From: the human T2T-CHM13v2.0 reference genome, Homo sapiens
Strand: one strand, 5' to 3'
DNA: 64,000 bases
NCBI RefSeq assembly: GCF_009914755.1
Contig: NC_060925.1
The notes beneath the pieces are model-generated. The model worked only from the letters and a program-made list of their open reading frames with translations, searched no databases and was not told the DNA's origin. The first letter of the stretch is position 1; each line of letters opens with the position of its first letter. Both the position numbers and the translations under genes were made by a program. Shown here piece after piece: positions 29,101 to 41,127 of the stretch.

Positions 29101-30464
29101 GTAAGACCCTATGAGTGTCCAATTTCAACATTTATGTTGGGTGGTAGCTTCTCTTGTGCACACTATATTATATTATTAATTAATTAAGAGCCATGTGTGG
29201 ACCAGTAATAACAATGTCCTGACACAGTAATTTTGAATAATCACATTCTGTACACTGTGGATTAGTAGATTTTTGTAATTGAAAAAGTAATGTAGAGCTT
29301 AAGGTTAATTAATTCTTGAGTCTTGAGTGAAATTTTGCTGGCATGATTCACTTCATAATTTTTATTTTTCCTTTCACTTTGTTAAAACTCCCAAGGCAGA
29401 TCAAACACCTATTAACTAAGCACCTAACTTGCCCCTAGAGGTAATGTTTTTATGTCTTCAAGTTCAGAGTATTAACTAATTTATGATAAGCAAAATTTTG
29501 GCTATTGTCTTTAGGCTACAACTCGGAATAATTTTGCCACTTGAGCACATATCTTCTACCACTGAAATATCTGTATCATTAAAGCACAGAGATTTGCCAG
29601 ACATTACAAGATAAGTAAGTGTCAAAACGAAGAATCAAACAGAAACTCAGCTAGCATTCCTGGACTTTCTAACTTCTGGATCATACTTACGTGTGTTTTA
29701 TGAACAATTAACCCTATTTAAGGATATCTTCATTAAACAACTGCAAGGTATTCTTCCTGTAATTTTTTTTAAATGTGGTTTTCAAAAGAATATAATAAAA
29801 GAAAAAGCAAAAAATGCTATATGTACTATCTCTATTAATCAACTGATTAATTATTTGAAAATCTAGTAATTGATTTTTCAGACTCATTCCAAAAACAATC
29901 CCCTAGTTATATACAAGACATAATTCATATGTAACATGATATGTCCTTTAAACTTTGTTAAAGGGTTGTCAATAATAAAATGATATAAATTCTTATCACC
30001 TTTAAGAACAATGACTCTAAAGTCTCAAGTGAGAAGAAATATATAAAGTTTATTTTCTGGAAACTGTTTGCTTATTAGTATTATGTAGAAGTTTGAATTT
30101 TGCTTTCGCGCTTACAAGCAAACAATCTTGTAGTCTTTACCGTTTACATAATGATATCAGCATAAGTTTCAAAGAAAAAAATTACTTTCAAATATACAAA
30201 CTATTTTTACTTTCAAATTGCTAATTTTAGTTTTTAAGAGTATTTATAGACTTAAATTGAGTATATATTAGCAGAAAGTTTATATTTCATATTGACAATT
30301 TATTGGTCAATAACTTAAAAATTCTTATCTTTCACTATGAGGAAATAGAAAGAATGTCAAAATCTTTGAAGATTACCAGAGATTTTAAGTACATGTCTTC
30401 CATATAAGCAGTAACTTTGTTTCAAGTTACCTTTAAGCACTATTTTTGGTTAATAAAATAAGTA

Positions 30465-30851
<387 letters not shown>

Positions 30852-33399
30852 TTACTTCCACAGTTTGGTAGAGTAAATAGAAAGCTCTTTTCTTTTTGAG
30901 ATTTAGAAATATTACTTTATAAAAATTATATTTAGAATGCTCCAATAAGTTTTTTTGGTTTACATTTGATAATTCTTTAGGTGTATATAATTTCACATTC
31001 TTAAATATTTTGAATAGTTCTAGATATTTATTTATACTTGTTAAATACTATAACACATTGTGACTAAATATATTTCTTATAATTCATTCATTATGTAATT
31101 CAGATATTCCAGTTTCCAGTTTAAAGTGGACATATTTTTATAACTATTACATAAGTAAATGATATTGAGAAATATATGTGAAAACTCATTACTTTTACAC
31201 ACTGTGATATCTTTCTCTAAAGTCTCATTTGGGGTGCTTTGTGAAAAGGTTTCTGTTTTGTGTTATTTAGATGATGAAATAAATATCTTCTATAAAGTTA
31301 TACATTTTTATTTTTATTTTTTATAATTTCATGCAAGTGTTCACTCTTTTCTAATAAAACATTTCTTAGAAAGAAAGCTATCCATTTTAGGGGGAGACTT
31401 TATTGTTATTCCATAATTGATTGGAGTCTATAAGTTTATGTTTACACCTTTTGCATATTTATTTTTTCAATTTTATATAGTTATAAAAATATTATGAAAC
31501 AAAATTTGAGGATGGAAACTTATAATTTTATACCTTTTTAAATTGCCAGGTAATATAATTCTTCTGTGGCAAACTAATAATTTTCGAGTAAGTTTGTGAC
31601 ACAGATGAGACGAATTTCTCTTTCTAGGTAAACAATGAAACATTAATTTGCTATCTCTCCTTGAAACTCTGCTTTTAATATCTTAAAATCCCTTGTGACT
31701 TCAGTTTCATCCCAGGCTTATGTTCAAAGTTATGCAGAGATAACTTTCTGAAAGAGACATCTACAAATAGTGTGTATTCTCAGGGGTGCCACAAAGTTCT
31801 ATCTGCCTTAAGATTTTCAATTTCTACTCTAATACAGTTCATGAAATTTCTACTACAGAAGACATCTTTTAAAAATTAACTTTCATGGATGTATTAATTG
31901 AGAAGAGATAATTTAAAATATCTGAACATTATCAGAAAATTAAATTGAAGATATTCACAACATATTCTATAGTACTTATTTATACTTCCCTTTGATTTGT
32001 TTTTCAACTGCAGTTATCAGTAAAATGACATTGTATTTACCCAGTAGATGCTCAGTTCATAATAAAGCAATTATCACAATCCACCTGAGGACTGACAATT
32101 GTAAAGCAGTAACTACTCTAGATTGATGTAATGTTCTGTCATATTTGTGCCATCAAAGGCATAAATAAAGAGTAGTTCAAGCTTAATGAATAGTGTAACA
32201 GAATGAATGGTAATATTAATAAACTTTTGCAGAGTATATGTCATATCTTGTATAACTGCCTTTGGGGCAATGAATAAAGAGTAAGTTTAAAAGAGGAAAA
32301 ATCATAATGAAAGTGTCACCTTTCTTAATAAAATACAAAACTATTCATACCATTGACTAAGATTTTATTTTCTGACTTAGCAAAATGGCTGCACCTTTCT
32401 AATGAAAAAGTGGATAAATTTGCTAACAGTCATCTGGGTCTCTAACAAAAATATGGTAAATATTTTCATATAATTTTGACTTTGACATTACTGTAGAATT
32501 TTGGAGTGTCTACGGATTTAAAAGAAAATTCTTATTGTTGAGAAAAATCTCTCCATTTTCATAGATCATAGAATTTTCATCCTGGAATGATCCCAGAAAT
32601 TATTTAGGTGCATAATTTTAGATATGAGAGCATAGAAACTAGAAGAGGTTAAGTAATATATTTGAAGTAATACAAACAAGATAATGATGGATAGTATTGG
32701 GGACTGATTTTCTGTCTGCAGGTCTCATCAAATGCCTTTTCTATAGTGCAACAATATTTTCCCAAATTGTTCATTAGGAAGTGCCAAAAGAGAGTGGAAA
32801 GTGAGAATTATATCTAATAGAGTAAATTGAACTGAGGTCAAGTTAAAAATCAGTCTTGATGGAGGAATTAGTTTGCTTGATTTGCAGGATTCTATATTAA
32901 GCTGTCCATTTCTTAGTGATATAATGATGAACGGAAACAATATTATGGTTACATAGCACATTAGAAAATAGCAAAACCTTGATTATTCACAGATTCTACA
33001 AAACTGTCTAAATGTAAGAAATTTATGAAATTTAGAGCATGATTTAAAATTTAATTTAATAAAAATTCCATTGTTTTATTTTAAAACATGTATACCATCT
33101 AGGAAATGAGTTTTATAGATAACTTAAATCATCTTAACATCTTAAGAATGTGGAATATTTAGTGTTCCAAAAGCTTTCTGAAATGATCACATTTTTTGTC
33201 ATTTTTAATTACCCTCATTGGAGCCATTAAATAAAATTCAAACTTAAACATCCAGTATCCAAACTTCCTACTTGGTTTTTCATTTATTTCATAACAGAGC
33301 ACTTACACATTTCATTTAAAAAGAGTTTATTTCTAGAAACAAATTCTTCTAGCAAAAAAAAATTGCTAATTTTTGGGCAGTTTTATATATGGTTACACC

Positions 33400-33690
33400 G
33401 TCCAGTGTTGCTCTTTTTGCTCCTTAAAAATGCCAGCTCTGTCACATTTATTTCAATTGAGAAATTTCTACTCATTTTTCAAAGCTTAACGCATATGCTC
33501 CTACCTTTATGGGCCCTCCTCAATCACATAGGTAAGATAAATTTTTCTTCTTCTGTTGTCCCTGGCTCCACAGTGCTTAGGACATGCTACTAGTGTAACA
33601 CTTATAACACTGTGTTGTTACAGCTTCCTTGTATCTTACCTGAACTGACACCATCAAATTAAATTCCATATTAGGAATATGGATTTAGAA
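33400..33690 (+). mobile_element. L2 remnant
   Basis: ttctactcatttttcaaagctt..ggctccacagtgct..acttataacactgtgttg. Confidence 0.5.
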
Positions 33691-33754
33691 GTTTTCTGTA
33701 TTTTGTTTTTATCATTCAAAAAAATAACATTTATTTTTAAGTTAAAATTTCAAC

Positions 33755-35060
33755 ATATATGCCTTTTCAACACATAGAACAGGAAATATTGGAAACCTAT
33801 TTGCAAAAAAAAAAAATTAAAACGATTATTATCTACACCTCGCACCATGAAACCAAAATTATTCAGAATTGATTATAGCCCTAAATGTAAAATCTGAAAC
33901 TATAGAACTTCCAAAAGAAAACACAGAAAAAAATCACTTTGATCTTGTATCTCCCCATCTCCCCCAAAAATGTTTTTTATATATGACAGCAACAGCATAA
34001 TCCACAAAAACAATTGACAAATTTGAATTAATCAAAAATAAGAACATTGGCCCTTTGAAAGATGCTGTTAAGAGAATTAAAAGACAAATCACAAACTAAA
34101 AGAAAATATTTTGAAACTATATATACAAAAAATTATATTATGGAATATAAATTTTATATATGAAATTTAATATTTTCTGATAAAGATTTGTATCCAGAAT
34201 ATATAAAGAACTCTTAAAACTCAATATAAGGAAACAAACAAATAATAATAAAAATGGCCAAAATATTTAAACAAACACTCGACCAAAGAAGAAATTCAAA
34301 TATGCGGATTAAGGTTAAGTAAATTAATATACAATGAAATACACTTACATGTATATTAGAATAAATGAAATTTCAAAGTCTGACATTGTAATGCATAGGT
34401 GATAATTTGGATGAACTAGAAGTTTCATAGCAGTTTGACAGTTCAGTAAATATGTAAATTTCTACCTTCAATATAATCCAGTCATTTTATTTTTATATAT
34501 ATTTTTCCGAAACAAATAAAAACAAATGTCTTTGAAAGGTCTTTTATGAGAAGGCTCTATTCCAGGTTTATCTGTAACAGTTCCAAACAGGGAACAACCC
34601 AAATGTTTTTCAACAGGTAAAGGATGAAATATACAATGCTAACAATTGTCCATTCATATAATATTAATGAATAAGCTATTGAAACACACAAGGAACAGAT
34701 GAAGCTCAAAATGATTATGGTGTGTAAAATAAGCCAGAGAAAACTCATTCTTGTTTGGAACTATTACAAACAAAACTGAATGAGAACCTTCATGTAAAAG
34801 AAAATCTGCATACCATATGATTCCATTTATATACAACTTTAGAAAATGCAAACTAATGTACAATGAGGGGCAGATGATCCATTTGGTGAGGAGTGGTGTT
34901 TGGGGTTGTCAAGAAACAAATAGAAACTTTGGGGATAACAAATATATTCATTATCCTGTTTATGATGATGGTATCATGAATTTGTGTGTGCGTGTATAAA
35001 GTTATCAAGATTTAGCCTTTAATTATGTGCAGTTCAAGGTTTACACAGTTTATTTTGTGT
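33755..35060 (+). mobile_element. old L1 (L1MC/MD-like) ORF2 end and 3' UTR
   Basis: cctaaatgtaaaatctgaaactatagaactt, gtatccagaatatataaagaactctt, ggaacaacccaaatg, atgattccatttata. Confidence 0.75.
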
Positions 35061-35609
35061 CATTACAGCTGCTAAAATCAAAGACAACAAAATGATAAGA
35101 TGAAAATAGATAAGATAAAAATAATTTTCAAGAAAATTGTAAAGATTAATTTATATTATTCTAAGGGTCAGTGAGTAAATATGCTACTTTGTAGCTTTAT
35201 GAGCTCATATATATGTAAATGTATATATATAATATACACGTTTTCAACACAAATATTCATATATATTTTCATATATATATCAAAAAAGATGACAAGAACT
35301 GTTACTAAAACATATTATATAGCAACAATAGTTCAAACGTACTTCTGGGGGTGTTTGATTTTGTGTTGTTATTGGACTTTGTTCTTGGTCTCAATATGAA
35401 TAGCACAAAATATTTTAAATATTTAATATTTACATGCATACCTGAAATTTGTATAAATTGCTAAAGCTGTATATATATGAGATTCATATTTTTCAGAAAT
35501 ATCAATTATTTGTAAATCATATATATGATGTCTAAAGCTATGTGGTGCCTTATTCACTCACAAACCATTGGAATGATATAAATTAATTTTTATACTTTTC
35601 TTGAGAATA

Positions 35610-35800
35610 GCTTTTATCTCTTTTTCTTTTTTTCGACTTTCACAGCTATAATGACACGAAATAAACTGCATAACCATTAACTGTACATAGTTAAAGGGTA
35701 AATCTTGATAAGTTTATACACACACATGTGCACACACACACATTCATGAACCCACCACCATAAACAAGATAATAAATATATTCTTTTTCTCCCTTCACAA
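35610..35800 (-). mobile_element. old L1 3' end fragment inside duplicated copy A
   Basis: T-rich start, then tataatgacac..aactgtacatagttaaagggta..tgataagttt..catgaacccaccacc. Confidence 0.55.
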
Positions 35801-35950
35801 CCTCTAACACCACTCCACAACAAAGAGATAAACTATCACTCATTCAAGTTTATCTGCACACTTGAATAAAGTAATGAAAGCTTATGATTTCTGTGATCAC
35901 AAATCCATTTTATATCATTTTCCATAGTACAAACATTTGAACAGTGCTAC

Positions 35951-36064
35951 TTCAAATATATTGGCTGTTTGTATTATTCTTTGTTTTCTTATACTGAGTT
36001 TTAAGAGTTCCTTATACATTCTGGATAAAATTCTTTATCAGAAAATATTAAATTTCATGTATAT
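35951..36064 (-). repeat. inverted copy of L1 segment 34156-34270
   Basis: Reverse complement matches 34161-34235 at 69/75 positions; first 26 nt tgaaatttaatattttctgataaaga are identical. Confidence 0.85.
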
Positions 36065-37269
36065 CATATATTATCCATAGATATAATGTACATTATTTAT
36101 ATATATTATATAATATATACATATGAGTCCTAACACGGTAGACATATACATATTTCCAAGTTAGTACTTGGCAATGGTACTTTGCCAAGATGTCAAAGTG
36201 CTGCTAGTTCAAGTTATTTTAAAATATGACTTCTAAATAAAGTCTTAATTAACAGTGCCTGTCATGAGCTCAATATATTTCCACTTCTTAGAATTCAATA
36301 TATGTGAGACTACACAATAGATCAATGCACTGCATCCTTAAGGATAAATCAGTTAATGGTGAATAAAAAAAATCCATTTACCCAGTAAACATTCTATCAA
36401 AAGGGATGACAGGAAGTGTCACAAAAAGAGATTATATAATAACAAGGGTTCAAAGATGTACTTTTGGGGGTATCATTTTATTTTGTATTGTTGTTGGACT
36501 TTATTCTTGGTCTTGATGTAAAAAATATAAAATATTTTAATGTGAGATTTACATGCATACTTAAAAATTATATATAATTTGATACATTTAAGTAAATATC
36601 TACACAGTTGAATAAAGTAGTAAAAGGTTGAATATCTGTTATCACAAATCCATTTTATATCAAGTTTTCCATGGTGCAAACTTTTAACTTGCAACAGTAA
36701 GGGAAGAGTCTCCACCTAAATATTGAGTTGTCAAATAAAAATAATGTATGGTTCTTGAATAACTGAAGCTGGTTAGAGAAGCAAGTAGATAAGCAAAAGA
36801 TTACAATGTAATGTACTGAGTTCTTTACAAGCATATATAGAAATGAGTAGGGATGGCAGGAAAGAAAAATGGAAAAAAAAAGCATTACACATGGTAATAA
36901 AGGCCGACTTTAAATTTTACCTGTGCCACCTAATGACTGTAACTTTAAGGAAAAATATAGTTTCCTTTATTCTTAGTTTCCCCATTTAAAAGTTGTAATA
37001 CAATAAGCTATTTCAAATAACTCTAAGCACTAAATTAGGCAATGGTTTTGGCTTTACATGGAACAATAGCAGACACAAAGCAAGTATAATTACTACCCAC
37101 ACAGTTGATTTTGAACCTGAATCTAAAGAAGAAGTACAGTGAGATAAAAATTACTTTGTCTGAATGTATCAAAGAAAATTTTCACAAAGATGTGACTTTC
37201 TATTGGAACTGATTCTTCCTAATAGCGGTTTTAAAATTTAGCTAGAAAGGAATTGTCTAAATTGGCAAA

Positions 37270-39515
37270 TAAGCTAATGATGGCTATCCTCCCCATTACT
37301 ATTCAGGATAGTAATCTCATGGAAGTCTCTGACATTGCAATAAAGCAACAATGTGAAATAAAAGAAAATTTTGAATATAAGACAAGTTTACTTTGTTGTA
37401 GATCAGATAATTACTTAGAAAATTCTGAGACATCTACAAATCATGAGAACCAATAAATGAATTTATCAGACATAAATGAGAAAATAAATATACACTGTCA
37501 TGTGTATTTTTGTATAGTAGGCATACAAAATAGGAAGGCTAAATAAAAGTTCAATTTATTTTGCATCATTATATATAAAATGCTTAGGAATATATTTAAC
37601 AAATGTGTCAAAAATATAAAATACTGAGAAAAATTAAAGACATGAAAGCCATTTGATATAATTCATGAATTGGAACTTTCAGTATTGTTAAAAAATCAAT
37701 TTTATACAAGTTGGTCTGTAAGTTTAATGTAATATCATTCATAATTAACGTAGCTTAATTTCTTTTCTTAAAGATAGACAGGTTATTCTAAATATATATG
37801 GAACTCAAAGGATCTAATATGTCCAGAACAATTTGGTGGGAGAAAAGGAAACTTGGAGAACTTGCGTTATCTGATTTACTTATGATAAGGCTACAGTAAA
37901 TAAGGCCTTTTTTAAAATCAGCATAAGGATAGACATTCAGATCAATACAAAAGAAAAAATAAGAAGTTGAGAAGTAGACCCATGGACATATTTTCAACTA
38001 TTTTTAACCATGTTATTGATTTAATAGTGAAAGAATTATTTTTTCAACAAATAGCAATGAAACCACTCTAATTCAAAATAGAAAAATAAATAATCCTCAA
38101 CAATTACCACTCAGCACTTACAAAATTTAACTATGATTGTGTCATCATTTCAAAAGTATAAAATTCACTTTTAAAAAACACAAGAAATATTTGTGACCTT
38201 GGAGTAGGAAAAAAAAATTAGATAGTTCCCCAAATGTACAACTTTCGAAAAGGCATTCTAAAGACTGGGAGTCAAACAGAATGTATAATAAACCCTTATA
38301 AAACAATAATAAGACAGCAACTCTTTCTTCAGAAAGTCAATAATAAGACTTTCTGAAGACAGAGAAAAAAAACTTGAGTGTATATTATATGAGAAGATAT
38401 ACAAATGTCCAATAAGAATGCAAAAAGTTCCTCTTTAGTCACCAAGGAACTGGAAATTAATATTTAGATATTAAGACACACACACTAAAATGGTTGAAAT
38501 AAAAAGACTGACAATGGCCAGGCATGGTGGCTCACACCTGTAATCCCAGCACTTTGGGAGGTTAAGGCAGGTGGATTGCTTGAGCTCAGGAGATCGAGCA
38601 CAGCCTACGCAACGTGGCAAAACCCATATCTACAAAAAATAGAAAAATTAGCCAGGCTTGGTGGCATGTGTCTGCAGTCTCAGCTACTTGGGGTGCTGAG
38701 GCAGGACGATTACTTGTACCTGGGAGGCCGAGGAAGCTGCAGTGAGCAAAACTTGCGCCACTGCCCTCTAACTTGGGTGACAAAGTGAGACCCTGAGACC
38801 ATGTCTCAAAGAAAAAAAAAAAAAGAGTGAAAGACTGACCATACCAGGTTTGCTGAGGATACTGAGCCACTGGAACACATGTGCATTGCTTGTCAGATTG
38901 CAAAATGATGAAATATTTTTGAAAAAAATAATTCCTATACATTTATTATTTGACTCACTAATTCACTCTCAGGTACTTACTGAAGAGAAATAAAAACTTA
39001 TATTCACAAAAGAACTTATACAAAGGGTTTATAACAGTGTTCTTAACAACATCTCAATTCTAAAGACAACCCAAATGTCCATTAATAAGTGAATGGCAAA
39101 ACAATTTATGGTATATCAATTCAATGAAATATTACACAGCCATGGAAGGGGGACAACCACTGGTAAATGAAACAACATGGAGGAGGAATCACAAATTATG
39201 CTAAGTAAAAATAACTTGATACAAAAATGTGTCTACAATATGATGCCATTTCTATATAATTATAGAAAAGTAAAATTTATCTATGGTCACAGAATGCATA
39301 TTAGTGACCTGAAACTGGGTGTGAAGATGTGTGTAAAGGAGTTGTTAACTGCAACACACCATGTAGAAACTTTTTGCATTTTTGACATGTCTTATGTCTT
39401 GATTGCAGTTGTAGTGATAGTGATGTATACATTAATCACAACTTACCTGTATGTATACTTAAAATATGTACATTTTAATGCATGCAAATTATACCTCAAA
39501 AAGTTTATTTCAAAA
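37270..39515 (+). mobile_element. old L1 (L1MD/ME-like) from RT region to 3' end, interrupted by AluJ
   Basis: ccattactattca..ggaagtc..gcaataaagcaa; aacccaaatgtcca; ends tatgtacattttaatgcatgcaaattatacctcaa. Confidence 0.75.
38516..38824 (+). mobile_element. AluJ
   Basis: ggattgcttgagctcaggag, ggacgattacttg..gctgcagtgagc; TSD aaagactgacaat / aaagactgaccat. Confidence 0.92.
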
Positions 39516-39589
39516 TGATTTAATTCAGTAAAGTTTAATACTTTAATCGCATATATCTTATCTTCCACAACACAAGCAGTTGTTCAAAG

Positions 39590-40294
39590 TGTTTCTGGAA
39601 TTTATTCCTTCCTGTGGGTTCTTGGTCTTGCTGACTTCAAGAATGAAGCCACGGACCCTCGCAGTGAGTGTTACAGCTCTTAAAGATGATGTGTCTGGAG
39701 TTTGTTGCTTCAGATGTTCAGATGTGTCTGGAGTTTCTTCCTTCTGGTGGGTTCACGGTCTCCCTGACTTCAGGAGTGAAGTCACAGACCTTTGCAGTCA
39801 GTGTTACAGCTCTTAAAGTTAGCACATCTGGAGTTGTTTGTTCCTCCTGGTGGGTTCCTGGTCTCGCTGACTTCAGGAATGAAGCCACAGACCCTCCTGG
39901 TGAGTGTTATAGCTCATAAAGGTAGTGCAGACCCGAAGAGTGAGCAGCAGCAAGATTTATTGTGAAGAGTGAAAGAACAAAGCTTCCACAGCATGGAAGG
40001 GGAACCGAGGGAGTTGCCACTGTTGGCTAGGGTGGCCAGCTTTTATTCCCTTGTTTGGTCCTGCCCACGTCCTGCTGACTGGTCCATTTTACAGAGTGCT
40101 GATTGGTCCGTTTACAAACCTTTAGCTAGACACAGAGCACTGATTGGTGCGTTTTTACAGAGTGCTATTTGGTGCATTTACAAATATTTAGCTAGACACA
40201 GAGCACTGACTGGTGTTTTTACAATCCTCTAGCTGGACAGAAAAGTTGTCCAAGTCCCCACCCGACCCAGAAGCCCAGCTGGCTTCACCTTTCA
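39590..40294 (-). mobile_element. LTR12 (ERV9) solo LTR, 705 bp
   Basis: Three gtgggttc..gacttca.ga.tgaag..agtgttacagctc U5 repeats; tagacacagagcactga.tggt U3 repeats; 4-bp TSD AAAG at 39586-39589 and 40295-40298. Confidence 0.95.
40041..40147 (-). promoter_or_regulatory. LTR12 promoter core: AATAAAA TATA-like box and two CCAAT (NF-Y) boxes
   Basis: ttttatt at 40041-40047; attgg at 40102-40106 and 40143-40147; activity not shown by sequence. Confidence 0.5.
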
Positions 40295-40786
40295 AAAGTA
40301 GATTCTTGGATACCTATAAGGGATGTCTGAGTAGATCTGGATCCAAATACTTACTTCCCACTATATTCCTATTTCAAAACTTACATTCCTTTTGAGTTAG
40401 GTCAGGGAACAGAAATGTGTAATTAGCTACCACTCAGGAAAACAGAAATGTTTTTGGCCTCACTCAGTTTGGATCTAATCTTGCCTGTTGATGGTAACTT
40501 CTGCTTATGTGATCACTTTGTGTGAATGATGTTTATTTTTCTTTGGGGTGGTGCTCAGCTTCTCTTCAGTCTCTTTGTCACAGAGGATCCTCTTAGAGAG
40601 GCACAACTATTATTCCTTTTTCCCCCAGCCAAGGCTGATGCACCAACACCATCCCTGTAGTCAGTGTCCCATCACTTGATCCTGTAGCTTTCAAAACAGC
40701 ATTGGAGCTCCTACCCATTCTCTAACTTCCATACTGCTTCTTGTTGAGACATGGCATCTAATGGGTCTTTCTTCTTCGTGGTCTGA

Positions 40787-41127
<341 letters not shown>

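Larger units (their letters stand above)
35278..36698. repeat. diverged local direct duplication (A1 35278-35460 plus A2 35841-35945 vs B 36395-36698)
   Basis: Shared blocks gatgaca.gaa.tgt, gtactt.tgggggt, ttggacttt.ttcttggtct, atttacatgcatac, ttgaataaagta, atcacaaatccattttatatca. Confidence 0.85.

Noticed and set aside
30104-30111. Canonical E2F word TTTCGCGC
   Set aside because: Single 8-mer with no CpG island or promoter context.
39600-39930. Regularly spaced repeats that look like a CRISPR array
   Set aside because: Normal LTR12 U5 tandem repeats in a eukaryotic genome; no unique spacers or cas genes.
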